This document shows positions 41,318 to 55,704 of a stretch of DNA of 64,000 nt, one piece after another (position 1 is the stretch's first letter; every line of letters begins with the position of its first letter). Source of the stretch: Eledone cirrhosa (lineage: Eukaryota); assembly GCA_964016885.1 (NCBI GenBank), contig OZ024747.1, positions 74,276,001-74,340,000 of the forward strand, in the 5' to 3' direction. The position numbers were made by a program, and so were the translations under genes. The notes beneath the pieces are model-generated. The model was not told the DNA's origin. It saw nothing but the letters and a program-made list of their open reading frames with translations, and did no database searches.

Positions 41318-44097
41318 ATGCCCAGCCTGAGATCCTTTCTCCACCAACTACATAATCGCCTCAAACTTTTCCTCACCCCCCCCCCCCTCCTCCCACCCTG
41401 CTATCTCCCCTCTGCCCTTCAACTTTCCTACCTTCTCTTCGCCAAAACCCGGCACTCCAGCCACATCCATTTCCTCAGCCACTGCCTCCGCCTCCACCTT
41501 ATCCCCCTCGGCTTCCGTCTACACTTTCACCCTTCCCCCGCCGCTTCCCCCTCCACGCAACGTATCCTCACCCGATCCTCACGCCTCCTGATGCGCAACT
41601 CCATCCGCGCCTCCCGTTCCACCCTCCGCCAACTTGACCACCAACTGATCCCCACCCTCCTCCGCCTTAACTCCACCTGCCACCCCCTCCTCGCCCAAGC
41701 CATCCTCTCCTTCATCCAAAACCTCAACCACAACCTCTTCTCCTTCCTCAGCTCCACCAAAGCCCGCAAGCTACACTCACTCCTCCCAACCACCCCCATC
41801 CACCACCATACGCCCACCACTCTCCACCTCTCCCTCGACCCACACCCCTACCCAATCTCCACCCTCCACCTCACCCCTCACCCCCCCAAACACCCAAACC
41901 CCACCAATTGTTGTCACCATACCCCCTGACCTCCCCCTCTCCGCACCTGAGCGCTCACTCCTTAGTAGAGGCCTTTGCTTCATACCCCACACTCCGCACA
42001 GCGACGAGTTCCGCACCCGAACGGAAGTCGAGCGATTCGTGCGACGCACTAAGTTACAGGCACATTTCGGCCGAACGCCACCGGCTCCGGACGCCCCAGA
42101 CCCGTTTCTCGCCCTGGGCCGACGACCATCTTCTTGGACGCCGGCCCCAGGGCAATTTAGCACCCTGGACGCCTTCGTCGATGCCAGCCGTAGCGCAGTA
42201 AATCGTTTCGACTTCCGCCACCGTTCCAAACGGTACAATATCTCACGGGGCGAACTCCTCGCTCTCCGCTCCCTCCGTAGCCGAGATGACAACGTCATCA
42301 AACCGGCGGACAAGGGAGGCGCCGTAGTGGTGTGGCGCGCGGACGTCTACACAGCCGAAGCCATCAGGCAGCTCTGTAACCCCTCTTCTACCGCCCTCTA
42401 CCCTCCGATCCCACCCCCTCTACCAACAACAAGTCTCCTCCACCATCAAAGACCTTATCGCCTCCTCCCTTCTCCCCCCACCGCTTCCCACCTCATCGTC
42501 CGCACCCCCCGCACCCCCACCATCTACTTCCTCCCCAAACTCCACAAACCCGACAACCCGGCCGCCCCATCGTCTCCGCTTGCAACTGCCCCACCGAACT
42601 CATCTCCGCCTTTCTCGACTCCATCCTCACCTCCCTTGTCACCACCCTCCCCTCCCACATCTCCGACACCAACCACGCCCTGCGCCTTTTCGACTCCTTC
42701 ACCTACCCACCCGGCCCACAGCCCTTCCTCTTCACCCTAGACATCAAGTCCCTCTATACCGTCATCCCCCACGCCGACGGCCTACGCGCCCTCAAACACT
42801 ACCTCGACCTTCGCCCCTCCCCCATTCCCTCCACCCCCACCTTCCTTCGCCTCACCGAGCTGGTCCTCACCCTGAATTGTTTCTCCTTCTCGGGTGAGTT
42901 TTACCAACAGGTCACGGGGGTAGCCATGGGTACAAGAATGGGCCCGAACTATGCCAACCTTTTTGTTGACCATGTTGAAGCCCAAATCTTTGCCCAGTAC
43001 ACCGGCCCCACGCCCGAACTGTACGGTCGTTACATTGACGACTGTATCGGAGCCACGACCCTCACCCGAGAACAGCTCGACTCCTTTCTCTCCTTCTTCT
43101 GCTCCTTCCACCCCTCCCTCCACATCACCACCTCTATCTCCACCACCCACGTCCACTTCTTAGACATCTCCGTCGCCTTCGACCCCTCCCACCACTCCCT
43201 CGTCACCTCCGCCTTCTTCAAACCCACCGACTCCCACTCTTACCTCGACTTCACCTCTTCCCACCCCACCGACACTAAACACTCCATTCCCTACTCCCAA
43301 CTTCTCAGGATCCGCCGCCTCTGTAGCCGAGATGCTGACTTTGAGTCCCAGGCCCTTTCCCTAGTCAGCCATTTCATCCGCAGAGGTTACCCCCTCTCTC
43401 GTCCACACCGCTCTCACCCGCGGCCGTGCTGTCCCCCGCTCCACCACCCTCACCCCACGCCACCGCACACCCACCCACCGTCTCCCCTTCCCCATCACCT
43501 ACCACCCCTCCACCTTACCCCTCCACCGCACCATCCGCCGCCTCTTCCGACGCCTCCAGTCCGACCCCTCCACCTCCCACATCTTCCCAACCCCACCACT
43601 CCCCTCCTTCAAACGCGCACGCAATCTCCGCACCCTCCTCGTCCACAGCTCCCTACCCCCCAACCCACGCTCTGTACCCCCCCCCCCCGGTTCCTTTCCC
43701 TGTTCTAGGCCCCGCTGCAACACCTGTCCCCACATCACCAACACCACCACCTTCCAGGGTCCCAACGGCCACTCTCTCTCTGTCCGGCATGCCTTCCGCT
43801 GCACCTCCTCCAACCCAGTCTACGGGGTTGGAGGAGGTGCAGCGGGACGTCGGACAGACGGGACGTCGCCTGGCGGACCGATTCACTGAGCACCTCCGGG
43901 ATATTCGTCTCGGGGGTAGTTCCCCCATCGCCTGCCACTTTGGTGGCCCTGGACATTCCGCACGCCATCTCACAGTCTGTGGGCTACTCCAGTGCCACGG
44001 AACACCCGCCAATCGCCTTAGAGTCGAACAACGAACTATCTTCATCTTACAGACCCACACTCGCCCCGGTCTGAACTCCCCACCCTTATTCCTTTAG
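41318..44097 (+). pseudogene. PLE reverse transcriptase/GIY-YIG polyprotein, frameshifted
   Basis: IKPADKGG, YFLPKLHK, LDIKSLYT, GVAMGTRMGPNYANLF, RYIDD, FLDI, KPTDSHSYL, CSRPRCNTC, GQTGRRLADRFTEH, PGLN. Confidence 0.95.
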
Positions 44098-45593
44098 CCT
44101 TCGACCGCCCCCTCCCCCCACACTTATCCCCCACTAACACCACTAACACACCATTCCTTTTCACCGCCCACCCCACAACTAACAATACTAACACCTCCAC
44201 TCCACCCCTCATCTGACCACCCTTCCCCAACTAACATACTAACATCCCTCCCTTCTTATCCTCCTCCCCCTCCTTATCACACGCACACACCCACCGGCAC
44301 ATATATACACGCGCTCACACTAAACACACACCCTACTACCACCACTAACCCTCACCCCCACACCTCTCACCCCCACACCTCCATCCCACCACCCCGCAAC
44401 TAACCTCACTAACACCCCCTGACCCCAAGCACACGAACACACGCACCCACTTACACCACCCACCCCACACGCAACTAACATCACTGACACCCCCAAACCC
44501 CACGCACACGTACCCACACACCCTCGTACACCACCGACTCTACACACCCTACCACCACTAACCCCCACTCACACCTGCATTCAACCCCTCCCCACCTCCC
44601 GTATACTAAGACCCACTAACACCCCTTCATCAAACTACACACACACCAGTACACCACACTCCCTCCATAGAACTACACACACCCTTCTCTCCCCGCTCCA
44701 CCCACACCCTCGCTCCACACTCACTCATCCCACTAACACCTCTACTAATACACACACACACACCCTCCCCACTCCAAGTTTCACACCTACCCATCCTCGC
44801 CCCTTTACAATTCCACCGACTGCTGCTATGCCCTCTGACCACCTCCCAGCACAAACAGACACACAGCACTCCCACTGCTTGACCACTTCCTGTTGCGCGC
44901 GCACCCCACATCTCTCCTCTTCCGACCATCGCTTCATGGAATACTCGTACGTAGAACTTGACCACCACAGAATCCACTAAACACCATAGGATTTTACAAA
45001 CTTTTCAACCATCCTCTTACGTAATCACCTATATAACTCACCCACACACACACCCCCAAAAAATGTTTTTCTCCACACGCCACCTACACCCACAACACGC
45101 TTAAACCCCACACACACGTGCTTTCCACCACATATTTACACCCTCAGCCTCCTGATTCCTCTCCCCCCACCCTTCTATCCACACACGCACATACACTCCG
45201 ACCCACAAACCCCCATACACACACCTCTTCCTGAACATGCAACCCCGTTCTTCCCCCAACCCTTACTTTCACATACACACACACACACACACGTACACCT
45301 ACATACACACACCACCTTCAGCCCTCCCCGCTCGGACACCCCGTCTCCCTCTCCCCACTCCACCCGCCACCACCCCTACACACCCCACACCCTTCGACCA
45401 CCTGTTTTACCCCCCTTTTAATTTCAGTTTATTTTGATCATGCTTTTATATTTAAATTTATTTCATTCCTTGTATTTTGATCATGCTTTATTTTTATTTT
45501 TATTTTTATTTTTTTCATTCGCACCGTTTCCTTTCGCTATATGTCTCTCCACCACTCCCCTACACACCCTTTGAACTCTGTTCCCACACACTT

Positions 45594-45630
45594 CTCACCT
45601 GAGGAAGGGCTTATGCCCGAAACGTCGTCC
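45594..45630 (+). ncRNA. Minimal hammerhead in the PLE 3' repeat
   Basis: CTGAGGA-A-GGGC(TTAT)GCCC-GAAA-CGTC; palindromic ACGT stem III; weak stem I. Confidence 0.7.
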
Positions 45631-45716
45631 CCCACCAACACCCCACTCTCCAGAGCGTGAAATTAATAAACATTCGTTGTACTGCCTCTCTGTTTTGTTC
45701 CTGTTCAAATTTTTCC

Positions 45717-45763
<47 letters not shown>

Positions 45764-47304
45764 TGAGGTGTATGTATTTGTTTCTTTGTGTAATTCGTTG
45801 AATTCCTCATAGAAAGGTTGGCTTTAAACAATAATATAGACGATATCAACAATAGATTCAGGAATATTTGTCAATAATTGTACAATAAATCTTGTGAAGT
45901 TGCAGGTGTAAACGTGTTTCTCATAATCGGTTCGAAGATATTAAACCCTAAAGTAAGTATAAACTCAATATGTACATGTTACATGACAATATAATATTTA
46001 TATCAACTTGAAAGCTAACTTCCTTAACACAACATACTCTGAGCATCATATGTGCGCCTGTGTTTGTTTGTGTGGGAGTAAATGTACGTGTGTGTGAATA
46101 TCTGCGTCTGGGTTAGTGACTGTATTTTTGTGGGAGTGAGTGTATGCGTGTGAATATCTGCGTCTGTTTGTGTGTGTATTTGTGAGTGTATGTGTATGTG
46201 TGTGAATATCTGTGTCTGATTTTGTGTGTGTATTTGTGTGGGAGTGAGTGTGTGTGTGTGTGTGGATCTGTGTGGCTATTTTATATTGTACTGACCTCTA
46301 AGAATACACCCCACCCTGTAAAATGACATTGTATTTTGTAGTACTTTCTACTATCTAGTCATTCCTACAAATATTCTATCGTTGGGTATAAACATTTGCA
46401 ATAATATTTAGTATCATTTCAAGATAATGGTTTTATAACCATTTACATTCAAAGCTATGTGTATGATTTATGTTCAACTAATACACATATACAGCACATA
46501 GGAATCTTGATTCACTACATTCGTGATAAATATAAATAATCGTAATATTTCTATATGATATTTTATAGTAGTTTTCGAATGCATAGGAGCCCTATCTCAA
46601 TTCATTTGTGGTAAATATATATAATTGTAATCTTTCTATATCAGATTTAAAGTGACTATTCTAAATGGAGTTATTTTTCTTTTTTTTTTCTGTCTAGACT
46701 TGTTAGGATGTTAGTGACCAATTAAGAATATGACTAACTTATTACGGATATAACAAGGGCATTGGTGCCTATTACATTAATTTTTGCATTTAGCTCTGTT
46801 TTAATTATTAATGTTATAGTAATATCTGTTGTAAGCCAAAGACTCCTCAGACCAGTGCAGATCCTCGGTTTCTTTGGTGTTAAGCGAGAGAGATTTCAAC
46901 ACTCTCCCTGGATATGACGCCGGCCTATCGGAGGATTATCTCTCCAGTTCTTGTTGGTACACACTCCCAGCTGAGTGTACTGGAGCTACGTGAAAAGTGT
47001 TTTGCTGTGGAGCACAACGCAGCAGCCTGTCAATGGAACCGATAACATTATGATATGTCAATCATCCTAACCATTAGGCCATACTTCTATCATAATCCTT
47101 CCTAGGCGTAGTCTACATAATTATAAATAGAGGCAACTAAGAGGAGATAACTCAACAATCCAGTTACAGGCTGTGTACTGATTAACGTATTCGATACATT
47201 CATAATTATATACGTGTGTGTGCGTGCGTGCGTGTGTGTGTGTGTGTTTGGTTAAATACTTTGTCTTACTATACTATATATATTTTATAACTAAATAATT
47301 GGTT

Positions 47305-47430
47305 CTATTTTAGGCACAAGGCCAGCAAATACCAGTACATTACTGGTACTTTATTTTATCGACCCCGTAAGGATGAAAGGCAAAGTTAACCTCGGCGAGA
47401 TTTGAACTCAGATCATAAAGGGACATAATA
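47305..47430 (-). mobile_element. Nin/Deu-type SINE
   Basis: Near-identical to 16065-16190. Confidence 0.85.
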
Positions 47431-48228
47431 TGTTAGTAAAAGACGCTCTGAAATGTATTTTAGCCGTTACTTGTTCGCTGAGCTATCTATGGTATAATAT
47501 GATTGAGAAACATTTATTTTGATCTATACAGGTTTTTCGAGAGTAATTTTAAACGTGGCGGACTCCATCTCCTCCCTAGGTTTGAATACAGCAGACATCT
47601 CCCAGAGTAAGATAGAGAGTGAGAGAAAGGAAGTGAGAAATATAGAGGAAGAATTGGCACCAGCATTAAACTGGTAATTTTGTATCAACCTAGAATGGAT
47701 GGAAGGCAAAGTTGACCTTGGTAGGATTTGAACTGAGAAGAGCAGAGAGCAGGATTGAATAGCACAAAGATTTATACCCAACGTTCTAACAACTCTGCCA
47801 ATTCGTCACGTGGCATAACTCTAAATATACGGGGTGGTTACCTCTATGTGAAATGGGTTTTTTTTAATTATAGGATTGGTAATTAAGGTTGACCTTGGGC
47901 TAAACAAACACAATAGCACCAATGAACTGGCAGGAGAGCCACCACGTCGTCACTCAACCTGCTAGAAACAGCAGCTAAATTTCCTTCAAATAGTACTGGA
48001 TTCAGCATGTGAGAATAAAAGACAGGATGGTTGCAACTGAGATACATTTGACTTTGGAACTCTACGACTGGGGCTGACCATGGGCTAAACAATAACAACA
48101 ACAACAACAATGATACTATCAATAGGAAGAAACACAATACATAACCACAACAATGGCAGCGAGTGGTTCATTGTCTTTACAACATATTTCCCTCTTTTAG
48201 CACCATACCGGATAGTTTTATCACCTTT

Positions 48229-48238
48229 CTTACTACTA

Positions 48239-48273
<35 letters not shown>

Positions 48274-48359
48274 ATTACTACTGCTGCTGCTGCTGCTACT
48301 ACTACTACTACTATTCCTGCTTCTACTACTACTGCACCTACTACTACTACTACTACTGG

Positions 48360-48396
<37 letters not shown>

Positions 48397-48520
48397 GCTG
48401 CTGCTACTGCCGCTGTTGCTTCTGTTGTTGTTGCTGCTGCAACTACTACTATTACTACTGCTGCTGGTACTACTACTACTACAACTACTACTATTACTGC
48501 TGCTGCTGCTACTACTACTA

Positions 48521-48557
<37 letters not shown>

Positions 48558-48559
48558 AG

Positions 48560-48593
<34 letters not shown>

Positions 48594-48609
48594 GACGACG
48601 ACGACGACG

Positions 48610-48659
<50 letters not shown>

Positions 48660-48690
48660 AGCTACTACTACTACTACTACTACGACGACG

Positions 48691-48750
<60 letters not shown>

Positions 48751-50100
48751 GTTGTTGTTGTTGCTGGAGCTGTCTCTCTCATCATGTCTGCTGTCGTCAC
48801 TGCCACTACACTTCCTCCTCCCCTTACTGCTACCATTCTCACTCTTCCTACTCTCACTACCACACATATTGCTGCTGCTGCTGCTGCTGCTCCTGCTACT
48901 GCTGCTACCGCTACTGCTGCTACTGCTGTTACTGCTACTGCTGCTACTGCTGTTGTTACTGCTGCTGTTACTGCTACTGTTGCTACTGCTGTTGTTACTG
49001 CTGCTACTGCTGCTGTTATTGCTATTGCTACCACTTCTGCTACTGCTGCTACTGCTACTGCTGCTGCTGCTGTTGTTACTGCTGCTGTTACTGCTACTGC
49101 TACTGCTACTGCTGCTGCTGCTACTGCTGCTACTGCTACTGCTGCTACTGCTACTGCTGCTACTGCTACTGCTGCTATTACTGCTGCTACTGCTACTCCT
49201 ACTGCTGCTACTGCTGTTGTTACTGCTGCTGTTACTGCTACTGCTACTGCTACTGCTGCTACTGCTGCTACTGCTACTGCTACTGCTGCTACTGCTGCTG
49301 TTATTGCTGCTACTGCTACTCCTACTGCTGCTACTGCTACTACTGCTACTGCTACTGCTGCTACTGCTGCTGTTACTGCTGCTACTGCTACTCCTACTGC
49401 TGCTACTGCTACTGCTGCTACTGCTACTGCTGCTACTGCTGCTGTTACTGCTGCTACTGCTACTGCTGCTACTGCTACTGCTGCTACTGCTGTTGTTACT
49501 GCTGTTGTTACTGCTACTGCTACTGCTGCTACTGCTACTGCTGCTACTGCTGTTGTTACTGCTGCTGTTACTGCTACTGCTACTGCTACTGCTGCTACTG
49601 CTACTACTGCTACTGCTGTTCTTACTGCTACTTCTACCGCTGCTGCTGCTGTTACTGCTGCTGCTACTGCTACCACTGCTGCTACTGCCACTGCTGCTAC
49701 CACTTCTGCTACTGCTACTGTTGCTGCTGCCACTGCTGTTACTGCTACTGCTACCACTGTTGCTGCTGTTACTGCCACTGCTACCACTTCTGCTACTGCT
49801 ACTGCCACTGCTACCACTTCTGCTACTACTACTGCCACTGCTACCACTGCTGCTACTACATATGTTGCTACCACTGTTGCTGCTGTTACTGCCACTGCTA
49901 CCACTTCTGCTACTACTACTGCCACTGCTACCACTTCTGCTACTACTACTGCCACTGCTACCACTGCTGCTACTACATATGTTGCTACCACTGTTGCTGC
50001 TGTTACTGCCACTGCTACCACTTCTGCTACTACTACTGCCACTGCTACCACTGCTGCTACTACTACTGCCACTGCTACCACTGCTGCTACTACATATATT
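48229..50100. repeat. Compound trinucleotide array (ACT/GCT/GTT) grading into longer units
   Basis: Direct; no frameshift over ~1.9 kb. Confidence 0.95.
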
Positions 50101-51099
50101 GCTATCACTGACATCATAGAAATATGTTTCATTGAACTTTATTAATTATCACTTCGCTCGTCTTTGTTTTTATCTTCTCCAACACTGTTGTTGCTGTTGT
50201 TGTCGCTCTTCTTCTTCTTCTTCTTCTTCTTCTTCTCCTCCTCCTCCTCTCATGTAGTTGCTGTAGTTGCTGTAGTTGCTGTAGTTGTATGGAACATACA
50301 ACTCACAAACGAAATGAGTAAACAATAGCAAAATCAAAAATAATTACGCATGCCACAATTCTGGACGACGTTCGAATTTCAGAGGCCTTGCATGTTGTTT
50401 TTATTATCCGGGTGCCCTTAGAAGTGCAGGGTAGTTCAGGATTGGTGGGGACCTGAGTCACCCCTGGGTAATACTCCCCCACCCTCTAGGGGAATTTATT
50501 TTGTTATATTTATGCATAGTTTATTTTATATTTTTTAATATCTTCATTGTTAAAATAGTCTTGCCATTGTGCACTTTTACTCGAGCTTATTGTAAACCCG
50601 CACTGTCCCTGTCTTTGTATTGTTCCCTCCATGTCGGCCCTTGTGGCCAATAAATGAAATCATTATTATTATTATTATTATAGTTGCATTATCTTGCTTT
50701 ATGTTCATACGAGTTATCACCAAGTCACAACCAGTGACCTCAAGAGACAACAAGGTCCGCCATGTTCAAGAAAGAACATACATACACACACATGCATATT
50801 TAGGTGTTTAGATGTACTTATATTGACAGAATCTTCCTTAGTATATTGGCAGTTCCCATTAGTACTATCTTTTGTAGTTCTCCTATACGCGGGTTTCCTG
50901 GGATTTGCGATAAGTAATCATTAGACCCCTTAGGTATCATTCCTAGAGCGCCTACAAACACTGGTATTGTTTTAGTTCTCAATTTCCACAATTATTATTA
51001 TTATTATTATTATTATTGCTTTAGGGTGGTGAATTGGCAATAATCGACAAAGGGTCGGAGATGCTTTGCGGCATATATTTACGTACCTTTACGTTCTGA

Positions 51100-51692
51100 A
51101 TGTAAATCTTCAGAGGATGGATCGCTGCAATGCACAGCCGCATTTGCTCGGTGATCAAAGCAATTGACCAGCTTACGGAACCGTTTTAAAATGTGTAATT
51201 GTGTCAAGGTACCCTCTCTCCTCCCTTCTGTAAGTATTGACTGTCGGGCCTTTATTGCTGAAGCTGGAGCTGTTGCAGGGCATCCCACTCAAACCGAGAC
51301 GTGAAAGGGTTGTGTTGTCATATACGGACGACATCATCGTATGTTCGACAGCTGCTTAGAATAATATGAATGATTGTGGGGAGTAAAACTGAACCAGGAA
51401 AAAGTTGGTGGGCTTTCAGTTCGGCACCTGGAGAGGGAAATCCTTGCCGTACAACAGCGTAGTCGGACGCAAGAGATCTGGTTCAGACCGGACCTCCAGG
51501 TGGATCAGAACTGGGACTAGGTAACGAGTAGGGTGGCCACTCTCATCAAAAAGTGGGCCGAGAGGAAGCTATTGTTATATTTTTCTTGTTATCTTCGATT
51601 TTTACTCGATATTTGTACCCGCCCCCCATCCCTGTCTTTTGTATTGTCCTCAATATGAAGACCGTTGTCGCCAATAAATTATTATTATTATT
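51100..51692 (+). pseudogene. L1/Tx1-like RT fragment joined to the LINE 3' tail
   Basis: CQG-PLSSLL..GPLLLKLE, SYTDDII, FGTWRGKS, SRVATLIKKWAERKL, then AATAAA-(ATT)n. Confidence 0.7.
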
Positions 51693-52139
51693 TACGCCAA
51701 ACCAAACCAAACAAACCCAAGTTTTAAGGAATGGTGTATGTTAATTAATGTAAATACCATTGTTTTTGTTTTTTTGTTTTCTTAATAATCAAAATTCAAT
51801 GTTTTTCTTTTTCGGAAGTTCGTCATACATGCTTGACAGATTCCTGTGGCATTCCATTATTTTTTTGATAATTTAGACATCTGGCCCTATGTGTGTGTGT
51901 GTCTATGTTAGTGATTTGCAAATATGTGTGTTTTTTAAATGCATAAAAAATATTAACTGAATAAAGAACTAAATACATGGAGCTGGGTTCAAAATTTGGT
52001 TTTAAAAGAGAACATTGATTATCAGTTGTGTTGTTGTTTTTTTCATAGTAAAGAAGAAGAAGAAGAAGAAGAAGAAGAATTTGAAAGCCAGGTTTAAGGA
52101 AATATCGAAGTCACTAAGACGTTTTAATATATAATAGTT

Positions 52140-52400
52140 TTTACTTTTGGCACATGGCCAGCAATTATCCCAGTACATTACTGGTACTTTATTTCAACCA
52201 CCCCGTTAGGATGAAAGGCAAAGTTAACCTCGACGGGATTTGAACTCAGACCGTAAAAGGACGTAAATGAGCAGTGGATTGGTAGAATTGGTAGAACGTT
52301 GGATAACATGTCATTGTAGTATTTGTTGTAGCTTTTGTATCTTGAGTTCAAATCCTGCTGACGTCAAGTTTGTTGTTAATCCTTCCGGTGTCGATAACAA
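52140..52400. mobile_element. Two divergently oriented SINE copies
   Basis: 52140-52265 on the - strand and 52270-52400 on the + strand, both with a B box. Confidence 0.75.
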
Positions 52401-52846
52401 TAAAATAATGAATAAATCTATTGCTTGGGCATTACCCTTTTCTCAAATTCGATTGTTTTGAATATAAATCAGTGTATATATATATATATATGTATGTGAT
52501 ATCAATCATACGAGGGACTACACTCTGTGAGTGAACATCGTTAATTTTCTCCCTCATATCGAGGATTTGAAGGCAATTCATTTTCACCTGGCGAGATCAG
52601 TGATAATAGATCATGGCTACACGATCGATCTATCTCTTATTGAAACATGTGTCGTGATTAAAATGATTGGAAATGTATACCATGCCTTCGGATCTTTATT
52701 TTGATACAAATACTCCTTTTTATATCATCTAGCTGTTCCCATAAATGGAATTGGAGATATACAAAAGCGTGGAGAACTTAATATTGGTAACAAAAATTGA
52801 TTGGACTGTATGACACAACCAATAATACACCTTACTATATAACAAC

Positions 52847-52898
<52 letters not shown>

Positions 52899-52952
52899 TA
52901 AAAAATGGCGAGCTGTGTTGTTGCAAATATATATATAATAGTGGATTATCTA

Positions 52953-53091
<139 letters not shown>

Positions 53092-54290
53092 TGTTATACT
53101 TGGGGGGGGGTCATATTTGTGTAATATTGCCAGAATTAATAACAGAACACACTGTTTGGTTGGTTTTGGCTTCTCGCTTCTGTGTCTTTTATATTGGTAA
53201 TCTAACTTACTCGGTCCTCAATGTTGCCATTGACTGACCGACGGTCAAAAATAATACAGATACAATATAGACACAAACACATATATATAGTTTATCATAA
53301 ATCTTTCGTTGCACATCTGCAACATCGTCAGTGGTGCAATATTTTCCTCCTGTTGTATTGTATGTCTACGCCATTTTTTTTTATTCAGTCTGTCTATATA
53401 TTTATTTATTTATTTGCTTGTTTGTTTATTTTATTTTGTCTTCTTTGCGCATGCGTTTGCGTGTGTGTATAGTGTTTTGTTTGCTGTGTGATGGGTGACT
53501 AGTGTGTGTTTATGTGCTTGTTGTTATTGTGCTTGTGTATGTATTTATTTATTTATTTATTTTATTTTATTTACTTATTTATACTTCTCTTAGGTCAGTG
53601 TTGTTTGTTTGGGTGTTGTTGTTATTCCATTCATTCTTTCTATTTAGCCTTGGTCTTCTAATTTCTATTTCACTGGCCTCTCTGATTTGCCTATCTGCTG
53701 GGTCATTTCTATGTTTAGATATTATTCTAATTTCTATTTTGTCTATGTTACCGTCATGTTGTTGTCTAGCATGTTCGTATAGTACTGACCCGTTTTTTCG
53801 TCCTTTTAGTTCCCCCCAGTGTTGGTCTATCCTTTCACCTATGCTACGAGCTGTCTCACCTATGTATGTTGTTGTCATGTTTCTGCAAGTACCCCCTGTA
53901 CATCTTATGCTATAGACTACGTTTCTAGTTTTACAGTTTATCCGGGGGTTCACCTTACATATGATATATTTCCTATTGGTACAGTGGGTTTTCTTAAAAG
54001 GGTAGGTTTTGCTGATCAGGGATTTTATGGTGGTTCCTGGATTTTCTACCACATTATTTTTAAGTGGGTCTTTCTCAGGGCCTTTCTACACTGGTTAGGT
54101 AATTTCCCTCCAGGGGTAGCGTCCACAAACATGACACTCTGGTATCTCTGGTTGTCGTACCATGAGGTGGCTTTCCCTATCTTATGTCTAGCCCTATCTA
54201 AGCTATTCCATGATTTGCTCCTGTATAATGGGCAAATTCCTTTCATATCCAGTTCTATGAGGGTCTTATACTTCTCCATGGCTCCTTCGT
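53092..54290 (-). mobile_element. 5'-truncated PLE with GIY-YIG (fourth family) in (TA)n
   Basis: PLYRSKSW..SVMFVDATPGG, then NVVYSIRC..TYIGETARSIGERIDQH..RQIREA..LNRKNEW; one frameshift near 54050. Confidence 0.88.
53292..53338 (-). ncRNA. Hammerhead remnant in the PLE 3' repeat
   Basis: CTGACGA-T-GTTGCA(GATG)TGCAAC-GAAA-GATT-TA; stem I is decayed (TGCACCA vs TGATAAA). Confidence 0.65.
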
Positions 54291-55704
54291 ATATATATAT
54301 ATATATATTATATATATATATACATATATATAAGCAAGTGTTTAAGTTGTTGAATTCACAATACAATTGTGAATTAGATTCCTAGACCAGGTGGCACGTT
54401 GTATTCTTGGGCATTTTAAGTTGAAAATTTAACACTAATTATTAAAATAACAATAGCGAAGAGATGTTAAATCTGTCTTCAAAAATCTCAGGTAAAATTC
54501 TTCTGTCCAAATACGGATCAATTAACTATTTTTAATGTAACAGTTTAATAGCTTCGATATTGTTTATTTATATCTCGTATTCGATACATTGCTACAGGCT
54601 TCTATAAAACCAAAATATACATATGTGTCTACACACGTGGATTACAATCCAGTTCAAACCCCTCCGAGGTTTTCATCGTTACGGGGTCGATAAAATAAGT
54701 ACTATTAATGTACTGGGGTTTATTTCGTCTACATTGCCATTTCCTTTAAATTTCTGACCCCAAACCAAATGTAGAAACAAATATTTGTGTGTTATGTTCA
54801 TTTGTCTGTCTGTTTGTCTATGGGTGTGTTGCCGGCACATTTGTCTGTGTGTGTGTATGTTGTTTTTGTGTGTTTGTCTGAGTGTGTGATTGTGATTGCG
54901 TTTGTTTGAGTGTGTTTGTGCGTGTGTGTGTGTGCATGTGTGTGCGTGTGTGCGTTTGTATGTGTGTGTGTGTGTGCGTTTGTATGTGTGTGTGGGAGGG
55001 GGGTGCATACGTGTGTGTGTGTGTGTGAATAAAGTTCACGTCTTTTCCTGAATACGTTAGTTTAGTAGATTGTATAATTGAAACTATTTGTAGTATATTT
55101 AGAGAAGCCTACTTCTTAAAAAGCATCAAGACAGATACAGATACATACATAGCTATAGGAAAGTGTAAGTTCATCAATACATTAGTTCTACCATTCATTA
55201 TACCACCCACATGTGCCCACTTTACCATTCTCTGAACTTCACTGATTAACAACGTCATATAATCCTCCTGGCTAGAATTTACAACCTAAAGAGCGGTGAA
55301 GCCCATTCAACCCTGAGTAGCTTCTAAGATAGGAATATTTAGTAAATTGTATCAACCAGGACAGCTAGGTGAGAGCTGACTTAGCGTTAAACCAGAACAG
55401 TCTGGAACTAAACAACAACAACAGCAGCTAGCCTGGAGATACACGACAATAACAACAACAACAACAGCCAACCTCGAGCTACACAACAATAACAACATCA
55501 ACATCAACGAGAGACAGTCTGTGACTATATAAAACAGCAACAACAGCATCAATAACGATAACATGCTTGAAAAGGAGCCACCAAGGGAGTATTTATGTGG
55601 TCGTTCAACCTGCTAGAAATAATACTGAAGTCTACCACTACATCTACCATTACATAACAACTTGCTAGAAATAGCACTGAAGTCTACAACTACCTTTACT
55701 ATTA

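Larger units (their letters stand above)
41200..45718 (+). mobile_element. Near full-length PLE with C-terminal GIY-YIG and Cys-rich linker (Neptune-like)
   Basis: ORF motifs listed in the next feature; long C/A-rich 3' region, HHR, AATAAA, ends at (TA)n. Confidence 0.92.

Noticed and set aside
48110-50132. Poly-Leu and poly-Val/Ala ORFs
   Set aside because: Alternative frames of a trinucleotide array
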